A DNA stretch of 40,647 nucleotides from a virus. The position numbers and the translations under genes are program-made. The notes beneath the pieces are model-generated. The model was not told the origin of the DNA. It made no database searches and saw only the letters and a list, made by a program, of their open reading frames with translations. Below are positions 8,379 to 18,713 of the stretch, in pieces (position 1 is the stretch's first letter; every line of letters begins with the position of its first letter). Location: the UHGV virus genome UHGV-0183130; one strand, given 5' to 3'.

Positions 8379-10895
8379 TTACCTCTGTTTTGTTGCATTC
8401 CAGATAATGCCTCCGGGTCGGACCTCTCTGGTGATACCTTCCCTGATGGAACTGTTGATCACCTGCTGATAGGCTTTCCCCAGCGCATCGCCGTTTCCTT
8501 TCTGCTGACCGGAATCCCCCTGGCCTGTTGTAACCGAAACCGGTGCATACACGCTGACACCAAAAGGAGAAGCAACGCCAGCGCCACTCCCCCCGACCAG
8601 GCCACCAGTCGCATAACCACGCATCATGCGATAAAGGTTGCCGACACCGATTCGGTTGGTGGCTTCCTGCGTAAAGACAAACTCTCCACGGTGCACCACA
8701 CCTGCAGGCTCATACTTACCGCCGGTCCCGGTAAAACCACCGCCAGCAAAACCCAGCGCAGAAGTGGCAGAACTGACCAGGCCAGCCATGGCCTGCTTCA
8801 TCAGGATCTGCGTCAGCATCGACAACGTGGAACGGGTGAAATCTGCCCAGTTTGCTTTCCCAGTCGTCAGCATATCGGCCATATTCTGGCTGATACCATC
8901 GAATGTGGCTGAAGCAGCGGACTTCATCGAACCATAGGCATCAGCTGCTGAATCGGCATAGTCAGCCCACGCTGATTTCGCCCCGGCCTGCCAGTTGCCA
9001 CGTAGCTCGTCCTGCGCGGCATAATATTTCTTCAGTGCATCCAGTTCGTTCTGATAACCCTGATCGGTGTCCGTACCGCCGGCATTCATCCAGCCCTGCC
9101 GCAGCTGTGCCTCTTCGTTTTGCCGCTGCGCGCCGCGACTGCTCATGCTGCCCCCGGCCACAAGCGCTCGTGTTTTCTCCCCAATCTGGGTAACGTACTT
9201 CTGCGAGCTGTCCTGCAGGCGGTTTAACCGTTCCTGGGCAACAATCTGATCGCCCAACCGGGCATTCACTTCGGCCCGCGCCAGTACCTCGTCTTTGTTC
9301 GCCAGCACCGATTTTTCATCGGCGGTCAGCGCGCGCTTTTTGGCGGCCTCTTCCAGCACCGAAAAGCGGGATTGCTGTTTCCACAATTCCAGCCGCTGCT
9401 GGCTGATGGTATCCGTGATGCTCTTATGCTCCTGCAGAGTGCGTAACTGCGCCTCCAGCTCCAGCGTCTGTGCGCTGGCAGTATCGACACTTTTTACACC
9501 TGCAGGTGTTTTTACCGCTGAAGGGGCTTTGGGTTTCTTCAGCGAGTCGTCGTATTCTTTTTTCGCAGCTTCCAGATTGATGTTGTAGTCAGCCTGGAGG
9601 ATCCGTCCGTCTTTCAGCGCCTTGTTCAGTTCATTCTGACGGGCCGTGTACTTCTCCAGCGCAGTCTGCGTCTTTGCATAATTCGACTGCGCCTGCGCGG
9701 CATACTTCTGGCGGTCAGATTCAATCACTGCCTCGCGGGCGGCGTTATCCTCAGTGGCCTTTGCCACACTGGCCTGCTGCTGAGCCATTTCCAGTGCAAG
9801 GCGGGCAGACTCCCGATCGTTCCAGTAGCTGGCGCGCGCATCATCATTGACATAAGAATCACCTTTACGCAGATTCCAGATTTCATCCGCCCGCTTAAAG
9901 GCCGCTTCCGCTTTGGCAACCATCTCCTGCGTGGTGTCAGGCCGCCCAATATCGAGCGCCGCATCCCACATCGATTTAAAGGCACGCTTCAGGCTGTCGG
10001 CAGCAGTCTCAATCGACCCCATATTGTCGCGCAGGCTCTTTGTCTGTTCGCGAAAACCGTTCGTCGCCGCATCATTAGCTGCCTGTAGAGCCCCGGCCTC
10101 ATCCCCGGCACGCTGCAGTTGCGCCACATAAGCAATCTGTTCCGCGGTAACGTTGTGGAACTGTTGCGCCATAGCAATAAGGCCTGAAGTCGGATCATTC
10201 GTCAGTTTGCCAAATGCCGCTGCCACCTTGTCGACCGGCACGCCCGACGCATCGGTGAACTTCGCTACCGCCTGACTCATCTCATCGAACCGGGCACCGG
10301 CACGCACTCCGGCGTTGACCAGCTCCGTCAGCGCGCTGCTGGTCTGGTTAAACGTGAGTCCCGCCTGCTCGCCGGATTTCGCCAGCACCAGCATGCGGTT
10401 TGAGGTCAGCCCGGCAGTGTTACCGGACAGGACCAGCGTTTTGTTGAAATCAGACAGCGTGGACGAGCCCTGATACCAGGCGTAAACCACCGCTCCAGTG
10501 GCGGCAGCCAGCGCGCCAACACCTACCATCACCGGCGATATGGTGCCCAGCAACGCCCGAAAGGTCGGAATAATACCGCCGAAGGAGTCTTTCACCTGAC
10601 CGCCCTGCTGCAGCAGGATAAGCCACGGACTCTGCCCACCGGCCAGCTGGGTGGCAATATCCGTAAACTGCGCAGGCAGCATACGCATCGCCGCGTTGTA
10701 CTGTCCTACAGAAATGCCGGCCTTCTTCGCGGCGCTCTCCTGGCGGGTAAATGACTGCTGCACCTTCAGCGCCGAGTCATTCGCTGCGTCACCCGTCTGC
10801 TTAAACTGCCTTTTTACGTACTCCATCTGCTCGTTGAACTTTGACGAATTAACGTCAAGGTTAACGACCAGGTCACCCACTGCCGTCTGGGCCAT
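8379..10895 (-). CDS. H: Tail length tape measure protein H
   Basis: About 838 aa; start moved to ATG 10895 (MAQTAVGDLVV, SD AGGAGG), paralleling lambda gpH MAEPVGDLVV; many conserved blocks (AGISVGQY..AAMRMLPAQFTD..QSPWLILLQQGGQVKDSFGG). Confidence 0.9.
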   Translation of the reverse strand: MAQTAVGDLVVNLDVNSSKFNEQMEYVKRQFKQTGDAANDSALKVQQSFTRQESAAKKAGISVGQYNAAMRMLPAQFTDIATQLAGGQSPWLILLQQGGQVKDSFGGIIPTFRALLGTISPVMVGVGALAAATGAVVYAWYQGSSTLSDFNKTLVLSGNTAGLTSNRMLVLAKSGEQAGLTFNQTSSALTELVNAGVRAGARFDEMSQAVAKFTDASGVPVDKVAAAFGKLTNDPTSGLIAMAQQFHNVTAEQIAYVAQLQRAGDEAGALQAANDAATNGFREQTKSLRDNMGSIETAADSLKRAFKSMWDAALDIGRPDTTQEMVAKAEAAFKRADEIWNLRKGDSYVNDDARASYWNDRESARLALEMAQQQASVAKATEDNAAREAVIESDRQKYAAQAQSNYAKTQTALEKYTARQNELNKALKDGRILQADYNINLEAAKKEYDDSLKKPKAPSAVKTPAGVKSVDTASAQTLELEAQLRTLQEHKSITDTISQQRLELWKQQSRFSVLEEAAKKRALTADEKSVLANKDEVLARAEVNARLGDQIVAQERLNRLQDSSQKYVTQIGEKTRALVAGGSMSSRGAQRQNEEAQLRQGWMNAGGTDTDQGYQNELDALKKYYAAQDELRGNWQAGAKSAWADYADSAADAYGSMKSAASATFDGISQNMADMLTTGKANWADFTRSTLSMLTQILMKQAMAGLVSSATSALGFAGGGFTGTGGKYEPAGVVHRGEFVFTQEATNRIGVGNLYRMMRGYATGGLVGGSGAGVASPFGVSVYAPVSVTTGQGDSGQQKGNGDALGKAYQQVINSSIREGITREVRPGGIIWNATKQR

Positions 10896-11238
10896 AGCGA
10901 ACACCTCCTGAAATGCCCTCGGCCTTTGCCATCAGCACAGCGTCACCAGGTTCATCATCGGCAATATCCTCCGCAGAAGGTGAAAGCAGGCTGAAGCTGG
11001 CAGGGGTTGATGTGGTTTTGGGGTCAAGCGCGGTAATGACGATATGCATCAGCGAGGAAAAATGTGCATCCAGTTGCGCATCATTAAAAAAATTGTCCTG
11101 GTAGAACGTTCGCCAGTCGGCGTATTCCGTTGACGACATACCAGCAAGCATGGCGCGCCAGTCCGGGCGGCGAAATTCACGCGCCAGTTTCAGGACGAAT
11201 GTCAGCTCGCTGGCGAGGACTTTTCCAGACTGACCGGC
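10873..11238 (-). CDS. T: T segment of tail assembly chaperone GT, reached from G by programmed -1 frameshift
   Basis: The -1 frame relative to G is open from 11238 to the stop at 10873 and overlaps the last 12 codons of G; candidate slip site GGAAAAG at 11220-11226. G/GT frameshifting is conserved in lambda-like tails. Confidence 0.7.
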   Translation of the reverse strand, partial: AGQSGKVLASELTFVLKLAREFRRPDWRAMLAGMSSTEYADWRTFYQDNFFNDAQLDAHFSSLMHIVITALDPKTTSTPASFSLLSPSAEDIADDEPGDAVLMAKAEGISGGVRYGPDGSG

Positions 11239-11609
11239 TCAGTCACAGCGATATCCTCTGGATCATTCGCTTCCTGCAGCGGCACCATGCCGGATAACAG
11301 CTTCACGCTGTACTCTGCAGCGGAAACAATCTCCAGCGGCCAGGTCATCAGCACTTCATTCTGGATCTGCTCAACGTCTTCTTTCGGTGTTTTGTGCGTC
11401 CCTTTCAGGGGATGTCCATGCCATAAAGACATGGCCACCAGCAGTGCGCCGGATTTAATCGTCATATCCATCGCCGCCTGCATGTCGGCATCGGTGATAC
11501 TTTCCAGCGTCTTCAGGTGTTCAAGATGCTCAATACGCTGCAGCGCCGACAGTTCGTAGAGCGTGACGGTCTTGCCGTTGCGTTCGAACGGCTCACTTTT
11601 TAAAAACAT
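11202..11609 (-). CDS. G: Tail assembly chaperone G
   Basis: 135 aa MFLKSEPFERNGKTVTLYELSALQRIEHL... closely parallels lambda gpG. Confidence 0.85.
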   Translation of the reverse strand: MFLKSEPFERNGKTVTLYELSALQRIEHLEHLKTLESITDADMQAAMDMTIKSGALLVAMSLWHGHPLKGTHKTPKEDVEQIQNEVLMTWPLEIVSAAEYSVKLLSGMVPLQEANDPEDIAVTEPVSLEKSSPAS

Positions 11610-11645
11610 GGGTTACTCCGGAAAGCGGGGCCACAGCCCCGGAAG

Positions 11646-12383
11646 TCAGGAAACGGTGACTTTACAGGTCGCGACAAAAAGCCCGTCGTTGGTCATCACG
11701 ATAATGTCGGCGGTTCCGGCGGCAATGCCGGTTACTGTCAGAACCGTACCGGCGACAGTCACTGTGGCTTTACCTGCATCCGTGGTGGTGGCCCGGAAAG
11801 ATGGATCGCTTGCGCTGGCTGGCGCCACGGTGACATTCAGCGTGGTGGTGGCAGCAACCGCAACGGTGGTGGTCGATTTATCCAGGCTGACGCCGGTTAC
11901 GGCAATCGCTGCAGCAGCGCTGTCTTCAGCAAGACCTGGTTTGCCGTTGTTGCTGATCTTGACAGAACGGGTAATGGTGTCTTTTGCCGTCACCGTTTTA
12001 CCCAGGCTGCTTACCCAGCCACGGAACACATCGATGGCGCCATTCGGGTATTTGATTTTGTACGCCAGCACGGTACCGTCATCAAACCAGCGAACCAGAT
12101 CCTGCTGCCCGCTCTCGGCAGGTTTCCAGGCCAGCGTAAAACTGGCCTCCCCCGCCGATTTCTGCCCCTGCGCGGTAGCAGTCCAGTCGGCATCTTCGTC
12201 GTCCAGATAGGTGTCGTCGTTTGATTCGGCAGTCAGTTCACCGGGCTGCAGGTCTTTAATCTTTGCCAGGCGCGTCCAGTCAACATCCGATAATGGGTTG
12301 GCGAAGGGGTTACCCGATCCGGAATAAATCCAGAGCGTGGTGGTGGCACCCTTTACCGGCGCCAGTGGGTTTGGTGTAGTCAT
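11646..12383 (-). CDS. V: Major tail protein V
   Basis: 245 aa; N-terminus MTTPNPLAPVKGATTTLWIYSGSGNPFANPLSDVDWTRLAK parallels lambda gpV; C-terminal Ig-like region. Confidence 0.9.
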   Translation of the reverse strand: MTTPNPLAPVKGATTTLWIYSGSGNPFANPLSDVDWTRLAKIKDLQPGELTAESNDDTYLDDEDADWTATAQGQKSAGEASFTLAWKPAESGQQDLVRWFDDGTVLAYKIKYPNGAIDVFRGWVSSLGKTVTAKDTITRSVKISNNGKPGLAEDSAAAAIAVTGVSLDKSTTTVAVAATTTLNVTVAPASASDPSFRATTTDAGKATVTVAGTVLTVTGIAAGTADIIVMTNDGLFVATCKVTVS

Positions 12384-12390
12384 TACGTCC

Positions 12391-12789
12391 TCACATTTCG
12401 TAAGTAATGGAATATTTCAGATCAGCCGAACTCCAGAGCCCAAGATCGTCATCGCGCTGGTAGTCATATCCCTGCTGCACCATGTTATTGATCAGGAGGG
12501 AAAGTCCTGGCACATTGCCAAGCACCGGATAAATACGTGACTCCATCCAGTCATCGAGCTCGGAATCGGGTACCTGCGCCGGTAAAAAGATTTCGATATG
12601 CAGCGTGGCCTGCCAGATATCAGCATCCAGTTCTTCGCCGGTATACCCGGCATCCGTCAGGAAGACAGCGACCGCCGGAAAATCCCCCTCCTCCAGTACC
12701 GCTGGACGTCCGTCAAAATAGAGTGCGTCTTTACCAATATGGCTCTCCAGCGCATCAATAATCGCCTTTCTAATATCAGTGTGTTTCAT
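12391..12789 (-). CDS. U: Tail terminator protein U
   Basis: 132 aa; MKHTDIRKAIIDALE...FDGRPAV...FPAVAV parallels lambda gpU almost throughout. Confidence 0.85.
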   Translation of the reverse strand: MKHTDIRKAIIDALESHIGKDALYFDGRPAVLEEGDFPAVAVFLTDAGYTGEELDADIWQATLHIEIFLPAQVPDSELDDWMESRIYPVLGNVPGLSLLINNMVQQGYDYQRDDDLGLWSSADLKYSITYEM

Positions 12790-13340
12790 CGTTTCAGAAT
12801 CAGCCTGAGTTGGTTTTTAAGGGATGCCCGAAGTTCTTTAGGCATATCCGATTCCATGAGCTTCGGCAGCTCATCTTTAAATGCGGTCGTCAGTGGCGCT
12901 GCCAGTGGAATGCTGACCACTTCGATCGGATAGCGGGGTCTGGATGTCCGTCGCATCACATGCCAGCGACCATTTTCCAGTTGTTGAATAAAGGCCCCGG
13001 GGAAACGAAAAGGGCCAATACGCAACACACTATTGGCCCCGTTTTTGTCCCGTTTTCTGCGGGATAACCGTACGCTGGCGGTACCGAGCTTTATCGCGGG
13101 CAGGTTGCCCCGGTTCACGCGGATCATTGCCATCGGCTTTTTCGCCGTGGCGCGTTTTATCCTCGCGCGTTGTTTTACCAGCTTGCGTGGCACCCGCGTA
13201 TCTTTCGAGACAACGGCAACGCTTCGGCTGACTGCCCGGGTGGCGACACGGTTAACAGCCTGCGCCGAGGCCCGCGGAACCGCCGTATTGCTGATGCTGT
13301 TCAGGTTTGCTATAGCCTGTTCAAGCCCTTTTAAAGACAT
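12786..13340 (-). CDS. Z: Tail completion protein Z
   Basis: 184 aa; MSLKGLEQAIANLNSI...AVPRASAQAVNRVA parallels lambda gpZ. Confidence 0.85.
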   Translation of the reverse strand: MSLKGLEQAIANLNSISNTAVPRASAQAVNRVATRAVSRSVAVVSKDTRVPRKLVKQRARIKRATAKKPMAMIRVNRGNLPAIKLGTASVRLSRRKRDKNGANSVLRIGPFRFPGAFIQQLENGRWHVMRRTSRPRYPIEVVSIPLAAPLTTAFKDELPKLMESDMPKELRASLKNQLRLILKR

Positions 13341-13349
13341 AGTTTTCCC

Positions 13350-13703
13350 TTAACGGCGCCGGGTCGCTGCGGGAGGAGAACCCGTACCAAGCCAGATATG
13401 GCAGGAGCCACAGTCATCAGGACCAATACGATCAACCCAGAAAGGTTTTCCGTTAATATCCAGCGTGTCCAGCCGCGCCAGCTGCCCAATCGTTGCTGAT
13501 TTCACAAACAACGACGGGCTGGTCCCCTCGACACGGATGCCGGGTGTGGCGTAACCGATATTTTCCGGATCATCGAAAACACCACTCAACGTGACGCCAG
13601 AAATCGCGCCGGACGTTACCGTTGCAGAAGTCCCCATAACCTGCCGAATAGTGTCATCGGCCTGTGTTATTGCAGCATCAAAAAGGTTATCGAAATCAGC
13701 CAC
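13350..13703 (-). CDS. FII: Head-tail joining protein FII
   Basis: 117 aa; MADFDNLFDAAI...PDDCGSCHIWLG parallels lambda gpFII; apparent GTG start with AGGGGG SD. Confidence 0.85.
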   Translation of the reverse strand: MADFDNLFDAAITQADDTIRQVMGTSATVTSGAISGVTLSGVFDDPENIGYATPGIRVEGTSPSLFVKSATIGQLARLDTLDINGKPFWVDRIGPDDCGSCHIWLGTGSPPAATRRR

Positions 13704-13714
13704 ACAGCCCCCTG

Positions 13715-14119
13715 CTAGTACTCGCGGACCAGTCCGAGTGCAACCAGGCTGTCCGCATCCGCTTGTGTCACGCGGATCACGGTCCCCGCTTCCACAATAG
13801 ATACCCGTTCATCGCGGGTCGCGTGCAGCGCCTCAATGTGCAGCGTGGCCAGCGTTTCGACGGCCATCAGCGCGCTATCTGTTCTGCCGCTTAACACAGT
13901 ATCCACTGGCGGCACGGGTTCTGCGGCGCCGGTGGATGCACTACCATCACTTACGCCACCATTTTCAACACTATCGGTATCAGTGCCGTCATTCAGTTCT
14001 TCCTCCAGCTCTGCAATGCGCATAGAGAGCTCCTGAATGGTGCCACTGGTATTCACTTCCCGACCAAGCTGCGCGCCAAGCTCATTAAGCCGCGCAATCA
14101 ACTTTTCTTTTTCTGTCAT
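13715..14119 (-). CDS. FI: DNA packaging / head assembly protein FI
   Basis: 134 aa; MTEKEKLIARLNELGAQL... and C-terminal LHIEALHATRDE resemble lambda gpFI. Confidence 0.8.
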   Translation of the reverse strand: MTEKEKLIARLNELGAQLGREVNTSGTIQELSMRIAELEEELNDGTDTDSVENGGVSDGSASTGAAEPVPPVDTVLSGRTDSALMAVETLATLHIEALHATRDERVSIVEAGTVIRVTQADADSLVALGLVREY

Positions 14120-14164
14120 AAGAACAACTCCGGAACAGGGCCCCGCAGGGCCACAGAATGGACA

Positions 14165-15190
14165 TCAGGCGAGTTTGACAGACACGAACGCATCCGGGTC
14201 AGCCAGCAGCATCAGTGGTGCAGACTGGATCATGGTGAACTCACGCGCCGGATCGCCTGTCTGTACCCAGTTTTTCGGATAACGCGTGGAAGCGTTAATG
14301 CCTTCACGCTGGGCATCAACATCCTGAATGCAGCCGTAGGTGCGCAAACCGCGCGCCTGGGTATTACCCAGCACCATGCTCAAATCCGGCAGGTAGTTCT
14401 TTTTGGTGTCGTCTTCAATGTATTGCCCGGAGTAAACGACAATGGCCACATCGCCATACATTCCCTTATAGGAGACCGCTTCACCCAGATCCTTCAGCGC
14501 CGTTTCCAGTTCAGAGTTAGAACCGCGACGGGTGTCGAGCTTCTCTTTTACCGCTTTGAATGAACGGAACAACGCCCAGCCCTTCGGATCAAAGACGATA
14601 ATATTGACCACGCCGCTGGCGTTCAGCGCATAGGTTTCAATATCGTCAGTGGGATCATAGGTTTCTTTGTCGCGGGTGCTCCATGCCGCAGCACCTGCCT
14701 GGATGATGTTGTTTCCGGCACTGCGTCCCATATCCACCTCAACCGGTTCAAACGCTTCGCCGGTCATGGTGTATTTACCGTTGAGAACAGCAGCCACAGC
14801 CTGTTTCTCTTCCACCTGAGCAATCGCCAGTTCTTCATCCTTCATGTTCTGCAGGATAATGCGACGGCGGCGGTAGGCCGGGTCAGCCAGATTTTGCGGG
14901 TCTTCATCCGGCAGGCGGCGCAGCGTCATCTGCGGGTTTACCTCGTGCTTGGGCTTGACGTAACCCGGCGTAAACTCTGACGTTGCGCCGCCGCGGGAGC
15001 GGATAACCTTGCCGGAAATAACAGGCGAGACGTACAGCGCCATGTTGACCATGCCCGGAATTTGCGACAGATACACCTTCTCAGTGCTGAAAGGGTAGCT
15101 TTCACGGAAGAAGATACGCAGGAAAAGCGGATCGAACTTGAATTTCTTCTCATTGACCGCCAGCAGTTGGGCCGTTGTGTAAATTGACAT
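14165..15190 (-). CDS. E: Major capsid protein E
   Basis: Start moved to ATG 15190 (MSIYTTAQLLAVNEKKFKFDPLFLR, SD AGGAAAC), 341 aa, near-colinear with lambda gpE; the longer track ORF start is upstream of the SD. Confidence 0.9.
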   Translation of the reverse strand: MSIYTTAQLLAVNEKKFKFDPLFLRIFFRESYPFSTEKVYLSQIPGMVNMALYVSPVISGKVIRSRGGATSEFTPGYVKPKHEVNPQMTLRRLPDEDPQNLADPAYRRRRIILQNMKDEELAIAQVEEKQAVAAVLNGKYTMTGEAFEPVEVDMGRSAGNNIIQAGAAAWSTRDKETYDPTDDIETYALNASGVVNIIVFDPKGWALFRSFKAVKEKLDTRRGSNSELETALKDLGEAVSYKGMYGDVAIVVYSGQYIEDDTKKNYLPDLSMVLGNTQARGLRTYGCIQDVDAQREGINASTRYPKNWVQTGDPAREFTMIQSAPLMLLADPDAFVSVKLA

Positions 15191-15202
15191 AGATGTTTCC
15201 TG

Positions 15203-15226
15203 TAAAAAAAGCCGCGATGGCGGCTT
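15203..15226 (-). terminator. Terminator-like hairpin plus U-tract between D and E
   Basis: On minus strand AGCCGC-CAUC-GCGGCU followed by UUUUUUU, immediately upstream of the E ribosome-binding site. Confidence 0.4.
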
Positions 15227-15257
15227 CTGTGGATGATGGTTAGTATTAAGTCGGATG

Positions 15258-15590
15258 TCAGACGATACTGATGGCTGTACCTGCGAATGCGTTGCGTTTG
15301 ATGTGTTCATCCGTCACCGCATCCGGCCAGAGCACATCTTCAATACGGAAAGAGCCGGACTTATAGAATGCCAGCTCAGTGCTGCTCTGGTCGGCAGACA
15401 CCGCCAGAACGCCACAGGCAGCCCCAGCATGCTGGCCATCCCAGACGGTCAGCTTGCCGGAAGTGGCATCCAGCATCAGAGGCGTCATCGCCGGTACTGC
15501 TTTCGTCAGTTCACCAGGTGCAAAACCGGTATGCGCCGGATCACTGTTCCCGAGGGGCTGATTGTGCGTAAATTGTTCAGTGTTAGACAT
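15258..15590 (-). CDS. D: Head decoration protein D
   Basis: 110 aa; ...GNSDPAHTG...AMTPLMLD...FAGTAISIV parallels lambda gpD. Confidence 0.9.
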   Translation of the reverse strand: MSNTEQFTHNQPLGNSDPAHTGFAPGELTKAVPAMTPLMLDATSGKLTVWDGQHAGAACGVLAVSADQSSTELAFYKSGSFRIEDVLWPDAVTDEHIKRNAFAGTAISIV

Positions 15591-15599
15591 ATTGACCTC

Positions 15600-16937
15600 T
15601 TAAACAGGCGTATTTAACAAATCGTCACCCGCTTCGGCAGAAGCGCTACCTGCCGTTACGGTGCCGGGTGCGGTTTCCATCAGACGATCCAGCGCGGTAT
15701 CCGTACGCGCCTGGGCACTCTGAGGAGCCGCGGCAAGGATGCGCTGGGCACTTTCCACCGTCATCCCTGGCGTTTCCGCCAGCGCGCGCGCCTGTGATTC
15801 ACGCCCTTTCGCCTCTTCACAGTTCAGGATCCCCATAATGCGACCGTTTTCGGCTGCGACCGCCGCTGCCAGCTGGCTGCTGATATCAACAGTTGCACCC
15901 GCTGCAGGGTCAGTAACGACCGCAGCAGGCACGTCAACGGTGGTCACGGTCTGGTCAGCAGATGCTGCTGGTTGAGTGGTATCTGCGGATGCAGTAGTAC
16001 CTTTCATGCTTCCTCCTCGGGAAATCATCGTTCGTTTGTTAATTGCATCGCGCATAACGTTCAGCGCATCCATGTTGTTGACCAGCTGCTCCGCCAGGCC
16101 GTTGTCTACTGATTCCTGGCCTGAAAACACAGCGGCTTCAGTATCAAGAACGGCCTGAACCGACATGCCGGTATAACCCGCCACCTTTTCAGCGAACATC
16201 TGCCGGGTAGCGTCGATACGCGCCTGAAAATCTGCACGTACCTCTTTGGGTAATTTCTCGTAGGGGTTCCCGTCCACCTTGTGATCGCCGCTGTAAATCA
16301 ACGTGACCTCAACGCCGCTGGTTTTAAGGGCGGCGCCGTAATTGCTGTGGGCCATCATGACCCCGATGGATCCAGTTCTGGCCGTCTGCGTCACAAGCCG
16401 ACGCGATGCCGCACTGGCAATCAGCTGGCCAGCGCTGCAGTTCATATCGTTGGCTAACGCCCATATGGGTTTGATATCCCGCATGCGGGCGATGATGTCC
16501 GCACAGTCAAAGGCACCCGCCACCATTCCACCTGGCGTATCCATATCCAGAAGAATGCCGTCTACACCCGGGTCACTGATGGCCTGCTGGAGGCGCGCGA
16601 TGATGCCGTTGTACCCCGTCATCCCCGAATACGGCTGGAGTGAGCGGGTTTTACTGACCAGCGTCCCGGAAACAGGCAGCACTGCGATACCATCAGTGAT
16701 CTGGTAGCTTCGCGCCGGCTTTGGCCCCATTTCCTCATCATCACCAAAGAGTGCCAGCGGTTCAGCCATCTGCTCTGCGCCAAGCGTAACGCCCGACACG
16801 GTGTCGGTCAGACGGGTGATACCTAACTGGCCAGCGAGCGCGCAAAAGAAAACCCGCGCATAGGCGGGTTCAAGTAAAAGCGGCTCATTGAAAGCCATAC
16901 TGGCAATGTGCGGGAGATTACGCAGCTCTGGCGTCAT
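15600..16937 (-). CDS. C: Head maturation protease C (S49 family) with nested scaffold (Nu3-equivalent) C-terminal region
   Basis: Start moved to ATG 16937 ([30 protein letters not shown]); long conserved core (LLDMDTPGGMVAGAFDCADIIARMRDIKPIWALANDMNCSAGQL) parallels lambda gpC; C-terminus ENGRIMGILNCEEAKGRE matches the Nu3 region. Confidence 0.9.
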   Translation of the reverse strand: MTPELRNLPHIASMAFNEPLLLEPAYARVFFCALAGQLGITRLTDTVSGVTLGAEQMAEPLALFGDDEEMGPKPARSYQITDGIAVLPVSGTLVSKTRSLQPYSGMTGYNGIIARLQQAISDPGVDGILLDMDTPGGMVAGAFDCADIIARMRDIKPIWALANDMNCSAGQLIASAASRRLVTQTARTGSIGVMMAHSNYGAALKTSGVEVTLIYSGDHKVDGNPYEKLPKEVRADFQARIDATRQMFAEKVAGYTGMSVQAVLDTEAAVFSGQESVDNGLAEQLVNNMDALNVMRDAINKRTMISRGGSMKGTTASADTTQPAASADQTVTTVDVPAAVVTDPAAGATVDISSQLAAAVAAENGRIMGILNCEEAKGRESQARALAETPGMTVESAQRILAAAPQSAQARTDTALDRLMETAPGTVTAGSASAEAGDDLLNTPV

Positions 16938-18510
16938 CGGTCCCCTCCTCATTCGATTTTTTCAGTCCAGACTCAAAGGCCGAAGCCGCCCACGCTGGCG
17001 GTTTAAGTCCCGCAGCGCGGCGCTCCATCGTTTCACGAACCTGCTGGGCAAAGATTTCCTGATAGTCTTCCCCGCGTTTGGCGCATTCCTTCTCATAGGT
17101 GCTCAGCCCCGCCTCAATGAGCATGACGGCCTCCTGCACCTCCTTCAGTCCGTCAATGGCCATTCGCCCGGAGCCGATCCAGTCAGCATTTCCCCAGGCG
17201 CTTCTCGCCTCCTGAAAACTGAACCGGGCTTTAGACGGTAATGTCACTACCCGGCGAACAATGGCCTCTTCCAGCCAGCATAAAAACATCTGACAGGCCT
17301 GGCGGGAGGCAACAAATTTGCGACGCCCCATAAAGTACGCCCAGGACTCGTTAGCACTGGCGCGGGCGGTGGAATAACTCATCTGCGAATAGTTGCGAGA
17401 GAGTTGCTCATATGACACACCCAGCCCTGCAGCAATGTAGCGCAGCAATGATTGTTCAAACGTCGAATAGCCGTTATCAGTATCCTGCGCTGACTGAAGA
17501 TTCAGGGAGTCGCCCGGCATCAGATGCGGCACCTTCGCGCCGCCGAGACGAACCGGCGCCGCGGTATAGTACGAGGCCATCTCCCCCAGCCAGCCGGTCA
17601 TCTTGCTTTGCTGCTCTTTACTGTCTGAGCCAAGAATAAAGTCCATCGCGGTTTGCGTATCCAGCTCACTTTCAATCGTGGCGGCATACATCGCCTTGAC
17701 AATCGCGCTCTGGAGCTGCGTATTCTGCAGCGTATCGAGCATTTTCATTTGCTCCATGACGCTGTAAAACACGTTGGCACCGCGTGTCTGCCCATCTTCC
17801 AGGGGTTCAAATACGTGGATAAAGGAAGGCCGCCCGCCGGGCAGTTCACGCGGAATATAGGTCCACTTCTGCGCCATCCACCCCGGATAGCCATCCTCGC
17901 TGACGTAATATCCCAGCGCGGCGCCACTGTCATTTGTTCTGACACCTGCCCGACAGTTTCGCGTGTCTCCGGCGTTATTGGGGTTGCTGATGCGTTTTGG
18001 GCTCACCATTTTGAACTGTGTGCGGAAAAGACGCGTGGAATCACTGTCCCAGGTGGCCTGTGCACATAACTCACCGTTAAACGCATGCATGGAAACACCT
18101 TCACGGATCATCATGGTGAATGTACGCTTACGTTCCGCATCAATGCAGCAGCAATCGTCCTCCGCAAATTCTTTCCAGGCCGCCTCAACTTCACGGGAGA
18201 ACGCCCGGGCCTCTTCCTCCCCAATGCCCAGAAAACGCCAGCTGGGCCGATAACTGAGTCGGAAAAACGACCCGACAATGTGATCCTGGTGGAGCTGTAC
18301 CGCGTTTGCCGCATAGCCGTTATTGCGGACCAGATCGTCAGCGCGCGCGTTACCACGGGAAAAATTAGGCAATAACGCAGCATCTGCGCTTTCACTCGGT
18401 GGGTTCCAGGCGCGGAGCTGACCGCCAAAGCCACCAGCACCGCCATGATATCCGGCATAATCCCGCAGAGCGGTTTTACCGTCCGGTCCTAACAAAGCAG
18501 GTGTTTTCAT
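16918..18510 (-). CDS. B: Portal protein B
   Basis: 530 aa, lambda gpB size and position, overlapping the C start. Confidence 0.9.
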   Translation of the reverse strand: MKTPALLGPDGKTALRDYAGYHGGAGGFGGQLRAWNPPSESADAALLPNFSRGNARADDLVRNNGYAANAVQLHQDHIVGSFFRLSYRPSWRFLGIGEEEARAFSREVEAAWKEFAEDDCCCIDAERKRTFTMMIREGVSMHAFNGELCAQATWDSDSTRLFRTQFKMVSPKRISNPNNAGDTRNCRAGVRTNDSGAALGYYVSEDGYPGWMAQKWTYIPRELPGGRPSFIHVFEPLEDGQTRGANVFYSVMEQMKMLDTLQNTQLQSAIVKAMYAATIESELDTQTAMDFILGSDSKEQQSKMTGWLGEMASYYTAAPVRLGGAKVPHLMPGDSLNLQSAQDTDNGYSTFEQSLLRYIAAGLGVSYEQLSRNYSQMSYSTARASANESWAYFMGRRKFVASRQACQMFLCWLEEAIVRRVVTLPSKARFSFQEARSAWGNADWIGSGRMAIDGLKEVQEAVMLIEAGLSTYEKECAKRGEDYQEIFAQQVRETMERRAAGLKPPAWAASAFESGLKKSNEEGTDDARAA

Positions 18511-18713
18511 GCGTAAAATCCTGCCGGTCCCCGGCGTCGTGGAGTGGTGCCAACCTGTGACTCAAGTTCGGCAATGTATTTCTTCAGGTCACTGACTGAA
18601 GTCGCAGTGAACTCAACCCGCCGGCCGTCTTTCTGCACCGTTGCCACCCGCTTTCCCATCATGAGGTCATGCAACGCAGCGCGGGCGGCATCCAGATCAG
18701 TCTGTGTCGCCAT
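18507..18713 (-). CDS. W: Head-tail joining protein W
   Basis: 68 aa; [43 protein letters not shown] is near-identical to remembered lambda gpW. Confidence 0.85.
   Translation of the reverse strand: MATQTDLDAARAALHDLMMGKRVATVQKDGRRVEFTATSVSDLKKYIAELESQVGTTPRRRGPAGFYA

Noticed and set aside
8361-10911. Multiple plus-strand ORFs (e.g. 8361-8912, 8638-8937, 8903-9193, 9295-9588) and short minus ORFs within the tape measure gene
   Set aside because: Antisense to or out of frame with a strongly supported 838-aa tape measure gene; Ala/Arg/Pro-rich compositions typical of GC-rich off-frame translation.
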